DNA from: Camelus dromedarius
Taxonomy: Eukaryota
NCBI RefSeq assembly: GCF_036321535.1
Contig: NC_087436.1
Location: 80,106,001 to 80,170,000, forward strand
Length of the DNA: 64,000 nucleotides
Direction of reading: 5' to 3'
Made by a program: the position numbers and the translations under genes. Shown here piece after piece: positions 25,744 through 36,484 of this stretch; positions within the stretch are counted from its first letter, which is position 1; every line of letters begins with the position of its first letter. Below the pieces are notes generated by a model. That model was given only the letters and a program-made list of their open reading frames with translations. It was not told the DNA's origin and did no database searches.

Positions 25744-26094
25744 TTAAACCCTGGTAAGGAGCCCTGAGCCTACCTTTTCCCTGGGATTCTGTCTTTGATC
25801 CGCTCAGCTCTATGCCCCACAGCAGCTAAGGAGCCAGTCTCCACTCTTGCCCCTGGTCTTGACTCCTTAGGGCCCTACGTGCCTAGGAAGGGAATTAAGA
25901 AAGCAAGCTCGTGGTTGACAATTTCCAGTTTGTTCATCTTCTATCCTAGCAATATGATGAGTTGTTCTATTATTTTAAGGATCCTTGTGCAAAAAAAAAT
26001 TTATGGAAGGATCTGCCTCAATTAAATCCAAATGCTGTCCTATTCTTCAATGCTTTCTTCCTCAAACTCAACTGCCCTTCACAGAAGGAGTGGG

Positions 26095-26195
26095 AATAGG
26101 AGGAAGAGAAAGAGGGAGGGAGGGGAGGGGGAGGGAGGGACAGGAGCAGGGAGGGAGGGAGGGAGACTGGAAGGAGGTACAGGGAGAGAGAGAGA
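26095..26195. repeat. Purine-rich (GGGA/GA) low-complexity tract
   Basis: ggaagagaaagagggagggaggggagggggagggagggacagg...gggagggagggagggag. Confidence 0.9.
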
Positions 26196-27267
26196 TCCTC
26201 TTGTCAGCAAACTCCTTACTGAAAATATTAATTCCACTAAAAGCATCAAAAGAGTGCTTTTTTCCCTTAGAATGAAAAAAAAAATACAGCTGCATAGCAA
26301 TTGGAAGGCTTGAATGAACATTTCAAGTCCTACCTGTCACAAGCCATTAGTTGAATTGCCTAAAGAAATCCCTTGACAAGTATAAGTGCTGTTTTTATGT
26401 TAGAGAGCTTCATAATGTTGGCCACAAGAAGAAATTTCTCCACAAAAGCTCCTTCTGTTTAATAAAGTGATTTGTTCCAGTAACGGTGATAATAAAATTG
26501 CTGAATTGAAACAGGATTGTTCAATGAAGACCTGAATCCAATTTGCTGGACTAGTCTGATTACACTTTTATCTCTGTGTTTACTCATTTGTAGAATTGCT
26601 ACCAGTCTTTTGATATGCAATTAATAGGATTAATGGTTTTCAGGACCAGAAGGCAGTAAGAGGGAACACAGCCTGCCTTAGGTGGCCTGGCAGCCATGGG
26701 CAGTCTTTTTAGGGCTGTACACCTTGATGGCTGATTGCCTGGGCCCATCTTTAAAAATGAGATTCTTTTTCCTAATGAAAATTATTTTGAATAATTATAT
26801 CTATGGTAATGTATGTCCCTCCCCTTTGTGAGTTCCTCAGGCAGCTCACGGGACAGCCTCATGGGCCAGGAAAAATAAGTAATGATTAGAGTAATAGCAA
26901 CAATTTTCTAAAATTTATCTTTTGGAGTGACCTCTCTTCCCCATCTAATAATCCTATACTAAAGTTCCAATTGCCACTGCTGGTGGCTTTAATAACAGGA
27001 GGAGAGATTTTGACAAACCATTTCACTCATTGCCTAGAAACTTTTGAAGGCTTCAATGTACATATATTTAAGTTATTTTTGTGATAGTTTACATATGCTT
27101 ATAGTTTTTTCCAATGTCCACTCTTTGAGATGAGGCCATCTTGAGCCCTCAAAAGGAATTAGTATAATCATATGGCACACAAAGTACTACTTATTAAATA
27201 CATACTCCTTTTTTGTGCAGAGATGTTTGCCTTGTTTTGTTGTTTGTTTATTTCGATGGATTTGTAT

Positions 27268-27311
<44 letters not shown>
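27268..27311. repeat. Compound microsatellite (TG)n(AG)n
   Basis: tgtgtg...tgagagagag read directly. Confidence 0.95.
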
Positions 27312-27361
27312 TACAGATCAAGAAACTAGTAAAAATATATCTAATAATGACAAAAGCCAGA

Positions 27362-27580
27362 TTATTATTTTTCATTAAAATATGTTTGACATATACCATT
27401 GTATAAGTTTAACATGTACAGCATGTTAATTTGATATATTTGTATATTGCAATATGATTGTTATTGTAGTGTTAGGTAGCACCTCTATCACATCACATGT
27501 TATTGTAAGTGCCCATCAATGGCTGAATAGATAACGATACTGTATATACATACCATGGAATATTATTCAGCCATGAGAAG
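27362..27580 (-). mobile_element. Short L1MA-like insertion with inverted 5' segment
   Basis: 27362-27506 is a minus-strand L1 3' end; 27507-27580 is a plus-strand L1 ORF2-end piece (aagtgcccatcaatggctgaatagata...ggaatattattcagccat). Confidence 0.7.
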
Positions 27581-27629
27581 GCTACCAGAATATTTCAAGA
27601 CCAGACCTGGACCATTTTTAGCAGACACT

Positions 27630-28100
27630 GATGTCTTTGTCTGGGTTCTTAGTAAACAGAGCATAAGACAAATCTTAGTGTTAATGCTTTACTGATGGCC
27701 CAGTCCCAGGGAAACAAGAGTGAGGTGAGAGGAAAAAAAAAAAAAAAGAAGCAGCTAGGCAGGAAGGCAGAGAAAGCATGGACAAGATGGTATGTTACGA
27801 AGTTGCCACAGCATCACCGGTAGCTCAGTCATGTCGGAAAGTTCCCTATCCAGCAATAGCGAGGGTAAAGGGATCCACTGTGTCTGAGAAGTCTGTCAGA
27901 GAAAAGAAGCACAAGGCAAGTGTCCGCTGGCTCCTTTCTCCTAACTTTCATTGGTCAGGGTTCTTTCACTGGGGTGTTAACAACCCAGTGCTTCCTGATC
28001 ATGTTGCCTGGTCCGTTAAGGAAGTCACTGGGGAAGCCTGAGCTTCCTGGGTCTTGTTGAGTCAGAATATGATGCCTTAGTCACTGCATTCACCCTGGGC
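27630..28100 (-). mobile_element. ERVL-type LTR (old; subfamily uncertain)
   Basis: tctgggttcttagtaaacagagcataagacaaa...ctttact...cccagggaaacaagagtgagg...ggcaggaaggcagagaaagc pattern of reversed ERVL LTR ends. Confidence 0.5.
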
Positions 28101-28865
28101 TTGGTGAAAACCAGGCTGGAAACCCGTGCTCATCCACAGGGGAGGCTAAAACAATTCCAGGCCTTAGGAAATGAGGCTGTGGCGGTGAGAGTTTTATAGT
28201 CACAGGAACAGTGTGAGCTGTCAGCAGAGCAGATCTGGCTGCAAGCAGAGGACAAAGCAGGTCTGGAATGATGCACAAACTGAGTCTAGTACAACTGGAG
28301 AGTCAAATCTCTTCTGAAGAGCTCTTTCCACAATAAAGAGGAATATTTTCCCCAGGCCTTCATCAAGTGTAAAATTTATCAAAATGTTTGTTGTATCTTC
28401 CAAAATGGCATCTCCTAAACAACCCTCTGCATTAAGTGGAGTATTGATCTAATTGTAGCTGGGATCTGCCTGCTATCACTTTAAATATGTGGTCCACGTA
28501 GTCAAGACACCTCCCAGGATAAAAATTGGGGTGACTGAGTTATTCACCAGTGGCCTCAGGGCCTTGCATGTGGTAGAAACTATTGGTAGAAATCATCGGT
28601 TGAATGAATGGAAGAGTGAAGGGTCAGCCGGTTAGTCCAAGGCATCCCCCTCTCCAGCCGCACCCTCACCCTAGCTCTGCCTGGGATTACCAAACATGAC
28701 CAAGAAACTAAAAATGTAACTTCACCAAAAAGAATACTTCAGAGGCTAACAGTGGCATTTCCAGTCTCACATTTTAGTGGAAATAGAGTCAAATATTTTC
28801 CACCAGCCTCGAGTCCCCTCCCTAATCCCCTTGGCAAGTTTGCTTCTTTAATTCTGCATCTTGAA

Positions 28866-28988
28866 ATGAGTGTGTATATGTCCATGAATAACTGAAAAAT
28901 TGTGCTGAACACTGGAATTTGACACAACATTGTAAGATGATTATAAATCAATAAAAAATGTTAAAAAAAATAAATAAAAATTGGAAAA
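28866..28988 (+). mobile_element. Very short (about 120 bp) 5'-truncated L1 of the same family as the full-length L1, with 18-bp TSD
   Basis: Closely matches the reverse complement of 29722-29825; aataaa followed by A tail; ttaattctgcatcttgaa at both 28848-28865 and 28989-29006. Confidence 0.9.
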
Positions 28989-30099
28989 TTAATTCTGCAT
29001 CTTGAATAGTAATTTTGGTAACAGAATATTAGCACGATAACATTTTGGCTATATTATATACCTTTCTATAAAGTCACTACAGTGCCATGTACCTGATTTT
29101 CATCAACCACTGAACAATTTTCAAAACTTTTTTTTCCCCAAAATACGCTCTCAGTGTCTTCTCCAGCAGAGACAGTAACCACAATCTTCCATTCAAAGTG
29201 ATAGTGTCTGGGAATCTTATTAATAAGGATACAAGAGAAGTCAAATAGACAAGGTTCCCATTTTTTAAATACACAGGCAGTTCTCACTCCACGGGAGTAT
29301 GGGACCATAAAAATGATCTTTCTAACTGAAACCATGCAAATCAACCTAAATAATACACAAGCAAAATCATGATGATCTCATAACATATAAAAGTTTTGCC
29401 TAAATGTTAAAAACTCTCTTCCTGTAAGTTATATATGTATAATAAAATGAAAAATGATAAAACATTAGAAACATTAATGCATTTTAGTCCTTTGTACAAA
29501 AAAAAGAAGTTTTTAGCACTTACTTCCTTCTATACACATTAGCATCTTTTCTGTGCCTTGATGAGTTGTCCTACTCCTTTCTAAACAGAGATTGTCTCCC
29601 AATCTTTTATCCTTTATGATGTCAATGTTATGAAATCTCTTTGAGAATTTCTTTAATTTTCATTTTTGCCAATGTCACTTCATCACGTCCATCCTTCTCA
29701 TCACAATGACTTTCCTCATTTTTTTTTACATTTTTTATTGAGTAATAGTCATTTTACAATGTTGTGTCAAATTCTAGCGTAGAGCACAATTTTTCAGTTA
29801 TACATGAACATATATATATTCATTGTCACATTTTTTTCTCTGTGAGCTACCATAACGTCTTGAATATATTTCCCTGTGCTATACAGTATAATATTGTTTA
29901 TCTATTCTACAATTTTGAAATCCCAGTCTATCTCTTCCCACCCCCCGCCCCCTTGGCAACCACAAGTTTGTATTCTATGTCTATAAGTCTATTTCTGTTT
30001 TGTATTTATGCTTTCTTTTTGTTTTTTGTTTTTTAAATTCCACATATGAGCGATCTCATAAGGTATTTTTCTTTCTCTTTCTGGCTTACTTCGCTTAGA

Positions 30100-33000
30100 A
30101 TGACATTCTCCAGGAGCATCCATGTTGCTGCAAATGGCATTATGTTGTCGGTTTTTATGGCTGAGTAGTATTCCATTGTATAAATATACTACATCTTCTT
30201 TATTCAGTCATGTTGATGGACATTTAGGCTGTTTCCATGTCTTGGCTATTGTAAATAGTGCTGCTATGAACATTGGGGTGCAGGTGTCATTTTGAAGTAG
30301 GATTCCTTCTGGATATATGCCCAGGAGCGGGATTCCTGGGTCATATGGTAAGGCTATTCCTAGTCTTTTGAGGAATCTCCATACTGTTTTCCACAGTGGC
30401 TGCACCAAACTGCATTCCCACCAGCAGTGAAGGAGGGTTCCCTTTTCTCTGCAGTCTCTCCAGCATTTGTCATTTGTGGATTTTTGAATGATGGCCATTC
30501 TGACTGGTGTGAGGTGATACCTCATTGTAGTTTTCATTTGCATTTCTCTGATAATTAGTGATATTGAGCATTTTTTCATGTGCCAATTGATCATTTGTAT
30601 GTCTTCCTTGGAGAATTGCTTGTTTAGGTCTTCTGCCCATTTTTGGACTGGGTTGTTTATTTTTTTCTTATTAAGTCGTATGAGCTGCTTATATATTCTG
30701 GAGATCAAGCCTTTGTCGGTTTCATTTGCAAAAATTTTCTCCCATTCCGTAGGTTGTCTTCTTGTTTTACTTATGGTTTCCTTTGCTGTGCAGAAGCTTG
30801 TAAGTTTCATTAGGACCCATTTGTTTATTCTTGCTTTTATTTCTATTGCTTGAGTAGACTGTTCTAGGAGAACATTTTTGAGATGTATGTCAGATATGTT
30901 TTGCCTGTATTTTCCTCTAGGAGGTTTATTGTATCTTGTCTTATGTTTAAGTCTTTGATCCATTTTGAGTTTATTTTTGTGTATGGTGTAAGGCAGTGTT
31001 CTAGCTTCATTGATTTACATGCTGCTGTCCAGTTTTCCCAACACCATTTGCTGAAGAGACTGTCTTTATTCCATTGTATATTCTTGCCTCCTTTGTCGAA
31101 GATGAGTTAACCAAAAGTTTGTGGGTTCATTTCTGGGCTCTCTATTCTGTTCCATTGGTCTATATGTCTGTTTTGGTACCAATACCATGCTGTCTTGATG
31201 ACTGTAGCTCTATAGTATTGTCTGAAGTCTGGGAGAGTTATTCCTCCAGTCTCTTTCTTTCTCTTTAGTAATGTTTTGACAATTCTAGGTCTTTGATGGT
31301 TCCATATGAATTTTATTATGATTTTTTCTAGTTCTGTGAAATATGTCCTGGGTAATTGGATAGGGATTGCATTAAATCTGTAGATTGCCTTGGGCAGTGT
31401 GACCATTTTAACAATATTGATTCTTCCGATCCAAGAGCATGGAATATCTTTCCATTTTGTAAAGTCTTCTTTAAATTCCTTCATCAATGGTTTATAGTTT
31501 TCTGTGTATAATTCTTTTACTTCCTTGGTTAGATTTATTCCTAGATATTTTATTAGTTTGGATGCTATTTTAAAGGGGATTGTTTCTTTACTTTCTCTTT
31601 CTGTTGATTCATTGTTAGTGTAAAGAAATGCAACTGATTTTTGAACGTTAATCATGTAACCTGCTACCTTGCTGAATTCTTCAATCAGTTCTAGTAGTTT
31701 TTGGGTGGACCTTTTAGGATCTTCTATATATAGTAACATGTCTTCAGCATATAGTGACACTTTCACCTCTTCTTTTCCAATTTGGATCCCTTTTATTTCT
31801 CTCTCTTGTCTGACTGCTGTGGCTAGGACTTCCAAGACTATGTTGAATAGGAGTGGTGATAGTGGGCATCCTTGTCTTATCCCAGATTTTAGTGGGAAGC
31901 TTTTGAGTTTTTCATTGTTGACTACTATGCTGGCTGTAGGTTTGTCATATACAGTTTTTATTATGTTGAGATATGTTCCCTCTATACCCACTTTGGTGAG
32001 AGTTTTTATCATAAATGGGTGTTGAATTTTATCAAAAGCTTTTTCAGCATCTATTGAGATGATCATGTGGTTTTTGTCCTTTCTCTTGTTGATGTGATGT
32101 ATTACATTGATTGATTTGCGTATGTTGAACCACCCTTGTGTCCCTGGGATGAACCCTACTTGGTCATGATGTATAATCTTTTTTATGTGTTGTTGGATTC
32201 TATTTGCTAATATTTTGGTGAGGATTTTGGTGTCTATGTTCATCACTGATAGTGGCCTGTAATTCTCTTTTTTGGTAGTGTCTTTGCCTGGTTTTGGTAT
32301 CAGGGTGGTGGTGGCTTCACAGAAGTAGTTTGGGAGTATTCTCTCCTTTTCAATTGTCTGGAAGAGTTTGAGAAGGTCTGGTATGAGTTCTTCTTTGTAT
32401 GTTTGGTAGAATTCCCCGGTGAAGCTGTCCGGTCCTGGACTTTTATTTGTAGGGAGGTTTTTTATTGCTATTTCAATTTCATTTCTAGTGATCAGTTTGT
32501 TCAAGTGGTCAGTTTCTTCTTGATTCAGTCTTGGTGGACAGTATGTTTCCAGAAACTTGTCCATCTCCTCTAGGTTATCCAGTTTTTCATAATATTCTTG
32601 TATGATATTCTATATTTCTATTTTATTTGTTGTACGTTCTCCATTTTCCTTTCTTATTTTGCTAATTTGTGCTCTCTCTTTTTTCTTCTTTGTGAGTTTG
32701 GCCAGAGGTTTGTTGATTTTATTTACTTTTTCAAAAAAACAGGTTTTGGTTTGATTGATTTTTCTATGTTTTTTTAATCTCTACTTTATTTATTTCCTCC
32801 CTGATCTTTATAATTTCCTTCCTTCTGCTGCCTTTTGGGGTATTTTGTTCTTATTCTTCTAGTTCTTTCAGCTGGTGGGTTAAATTGCTTATTTGAGATT
32901 GTTCTTCTTTTTTGAGGAAGGCCTGTATTGCTATAAACTTCCCTCTTAGCACTGCCTTTGCTGTGTCCCATAAATTTTGTGTGGTCGTGCTTTCATTGTC

Positions 33001-33828
33001 ATTTGTCTCAAGGTATTTTTTAATTTCAGCTTTGATTTCCTCATTGACCCACTGGTTTTTTAATAGCATATTGTTTAATCTCCATGCTTTCCTTTTTTTC
33101 TCCTTTGTTTCTCTGTTGTTGATTTCTAGTTTCACGGCATTGTGGTCAGTAAAGATGCTTGAGATAATTTCTATCTTCTTAAAATTGTTGAGGTTTCTTT
33201 TGTGCCCAAGTACATGATTGATCCTGGAAAATGTTCCATGTGCACTTGAAAAGAATGTATAGCTTATTTTGGGGGGGTGTAATGCTCTGAAAATATCCAC
33301 CAAATCTAATTTTTCTATTATATTATTTAATTTCTCTGTTGCTTTATTTATTTTCTGTCTGGAAGATCTGTCTAGTGATGTTAATGTGGTGTTAAAATCT
33401 CCAACTATGATTGTATTCCCATCAATATCCCCCTTTATCTCTGTTAGTAACTGTTTTATGTATTTAGGTGCTCCTATATTGGGTGCATATATATTAATGA
33501 GTGTAATATCCTCATCTTGTATTACTCCTTTAATTGTTATAAAATGTCCTTCTTTATCTTTCTTTATGGCCTTTGTTTTAAAGTCTATTTTGTCTGAAAT
33601 CAGTACTGCAACAGCTGCTTTTTTGGCTTTTCCATCTGCATGGAATATCCTTTTCCATCCTTTCACTCTCAATCTATATTTGTCCTTCTCCCTAAAGTGG
33701 GTCTCTAGTATGCAGCATATTGCAGGTTCTTGCTTTATTATCCAGTCTGCCACTCTATGTCTTTTGACTGGAGCATTTAGTCCATTAACGTTTACAGTAA
33801 TTAATGATAGATGTGTATTTATTGCCAT
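30100..33828 (-). pseudogene. L1 ORF2 (APE endonuclease, reverse transcriptase, Cys-rich C-terminus), disrupted
   Basis: 32851..33828 endonuclease (NVNGLN, ETH, IYAPN, GDFNT, TDHN); 31107..32564 RT ([30 protein letters not shown]); 30208..30963 C-terminus (CWRDC..HCWWEC). Stops at 32851 and 31107, frameshifts near 32770, 30890 and 30210; 3' boundary approximate. Confidence 0.95.
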
Positions 33829-34230
33829 TTTGAACTTATCTTTGCAGTTGATTTGGTATTTCCTCTTTGTTCCTTTCTTCTTCCTTTTGTGGTTCGGTAA
33901 TTTTCCTTTGTATTATTGTGGATTTTATTTAGTTTTTGTGACTCCCTTGTAAGTTTTTGGCTTGTGGTTACCCTTTTTTGTAAGTCTATTAGCCCATTAC
34001 TATAACTGTTTTTATTAAATTGATAGTAACATGATCTCAAACCCATCCTACTGAGAACAAAAAATTTTAAAAAGAAAAAAAAATTCTATATTTTCCTGCC
34101 TCCCTCTCCCACTATCAATGATTTAGAAGTCTTCTTTTACAATTTTGTGTTGATTTTATTTGTAATTTATGAGTTATCATCTTTCCAGTTGTGAGTTTCT
34201 CATTTCTGTATCATCCTGCTGCTTTTCTAT

Positions 34231-35140
34231 TTAGAGTAGACCTTTCAATATTTCTTTTAACATGGGTTTAGTGTTGCTAAACTCTTGTAGTTTTTGCTTG
34301 TCTGTGAAACTCTTTATGTCTCCTTCTATCCTAAAGGATAGCCTTGCTGGATAAAGTATCCTAGGCTGCGTCTTTTTTTTCATTCAGGACTTTGAATATA
34401 TCTTGCCACTCCCTTCTGGACTGTAGTGTTTGTGTACAGAAATCAGCTGAGAGCCTTATGGGGGTTCCCTTGTAACTCACTCTTTGTTTTTCTCTTGCTG
34501 CCTTTAGGATCATTTCTTTATCCTTGACTCTGTCCATCTTGTTTATGATATGTCTTAGTGTGAGTCTTTTTGGGTTCTTCCTGTTTGGGACCCTCTGAGC
34601 CTCCTGTACTTGGATATCTGATTCCTTTAGGTTTGGGGAGTTTTCAGTCATGATTTCTTCAAATACCTTTTCAATCCCCTTTGTTCTTTCTTCCCCTTCT
34701 GGAACCCCTATTATGCATAGATTGGCACACTTTATATTATCCCATAGGTCCCTTACATTGTTTTCATTGGTTTTTATTTGTTTTTCTCTCAGCTGTTCTG
34801 ATTGGGTGCTTTCTGTTGTCCTGTCTTCTAGGTCACTTGTTTGTTCCTCTGCATTATCTAGCCTGCTTTGTACAGACTTTAGGTCAGCTCTCATCTCAGC
34901 AAATGAGTTTACTAATTCTACTTGGTTCTCCTTTATAGCTTCTATCTCATTTTTGACATATTTTATACCTCTAAATACTATTTCATTTAGTTCCTTTAGT
35001 ACTTTAATCAGTCCTTTTTTGAAATCTTGATCTAGTAGGCCATCAATGTCTATTTCCTTGATCATGCTTTCAGGGGATTTCTCTTGATCTTTTAATTGGG
35101 ATTTCTCTTGATCTTTTAATTGCTCATATCTCTCTGGCAC
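34231..35140 (-). pseudogene. L1 ORF1 (coiled-coil/RRM/CTD RNA-binding protein), frameshifted
   Basis: 34361..35140 has LWDNIK..NLCIIGVPEGEE, ILKAAREK and YKGTPIRLSADF. An extra A in the A-run near 34375 shifts the frame; PRILYPARLSF...LKGLL* continues to a TAA at 34233-34231. Confidence 0.93.
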
Positions 35141-36484
35141 TGTGGCTTAAGGAGTGTCGGTTATCTAGTTTTCCTGGAGACGGCGTGCTCTTAATGATTT
35201 TATAAAGAGGTCTTTGTGTCTTTGCCCTGTTTTGTGAACTCAGCTTGCTGTTTCCAGAGGCCCTCTGTTGGTGCCCTCATCTGTGCTGCTCCCAGTGGCT
35301 GTCGGCTAGCAGATCGCGCCCCCTCCCAACACTGGGTCAGGTGCTGAGCTCTTACCCAGTGGGCAGGCAGGTCACTCCCTCTCCCGATGCCATAGTCAGA
35401 TGCTGCGCTTAGGCAAGGCAGGTGGGTGGATAGTGCCCCCTCCCAGCACCGCAGTCAGGTGCTGCGTTCCTGCTAGGAAGGCGGGTGGCCGCCTGCCCTC
35501 TCCCAGCGCCAGTTGCTCCACTGCTCTGTGCAGCTGCCTGCTCCACCTCGGGTCAGCGCTCCAAAGGCAGGCTCGAGGAAGACTGCAGAACAGCCCCACC
35601 CCTGTTCCATGCCAAATCTCAGCTCCTTGTTTGTCTTGGTGGTGCGAGTTCTCTGAGGTGCCAGGGCAGAAAGATCCTATCTGCCTTGGGCTGTAAACAA
35701 GTTCCAGTCCTGCCCAGGAGGTTGCTGAGCGCCCGGGTGTGGATTCAGGTCTCGGCCCCCCCCCCCTCCCAGGCGCTGCGCACAGGAGGATATGGCGGCT
35801 GTGGCTGCACCCCGCCTCTCTTCCCACGAGAAGCGCCAGTAATGGCGCCACGGGTAATGGCGCCACGGGTCTGAGGAGACAAAGGCTACAGCACCCCTCC
35901 CCCCAGGTCCCACCAGCCTTGTTGCTTTGCTTTTTTTGCAATTTATGGGGGATCGAGGTTATTCTGCTCCGTATCCCCTCCCAGCCATGGCGCGCAGCAC
36001 CCTGCAGTCCCCTGGGGCTGCCTCAGTGCAGCTGCCCCAGTCCTCCGCCCAGCTCGGGCAGCCTGTCCTAGCCCCCAGCTGCCAGCTCGCATCTCGGGCT
36101 GGGTGTTGCAGGGATCCTTTGTGCCCGTTTAACTCCGTTCTGTCAGTCGAGGGGTGCTCGAGGCAGATCTGAGCCTTGGAGGCTCCCGCTCTGTCCCACT
36201 AGCCTCTCTGTTGGAGGAGGGAGACCCAGTGAACGAGCACTATTCCTCCTTTGCCGCTCCCTCCCCACAGGACCAATCCTGCACTGTTTTGCTTTTTCTT
36301 CTTTCTTTTTTCCTTTTCTCCTACCAGATTTTTGGCATCTTTGTCTTTCGAAGAGGGCGATGTTCTGTCAGAGTTCAGCAGGTGCTCTGGTTGGCTGAGT
36401 GGGTCCGTAGATGTGAGTTTTGGTGTATTTGTGGGAGACAGTGAGCTACAAGTGTCATTCTACTCTGCCATCTTGCTTCTCTCC
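35141..36484 (-). promoter_or_regulatory. L1 5'UTR / internal Pol II promoter, CpG-rich
   Basis: High GC/CpG; gccatctt (YY1 core, AAGATGGC on minus strand) within 20 bp of the element 5' end. Confidence 0.85.

Larger units (their letters stand above)
29722..36484 (-). mobile_element. Full-length (6.76 kb) lineage-specific LINE-1, inactivated
   Basis: TSD atgactttcctcattt at 29706-29721 and 36485-36500; 5' end GGAGAGAAGCAAGATGGC with YY1 core; CpG-rich 5'UTR; ORF1; spacer; ORF2; AATAAA (29739-29734) and short poly(A). Confidence 0.98.

Noticed and set aside
33269..33952. 227-aa plus-strand ORF, and other hydrophobic plus-strand ORFs at 30578, 31669, 32912 and 34650
   Set aside because: Antisense shadows of L1 ORF1/ORF2, a common artefact of the A-rich L1 sense strand.
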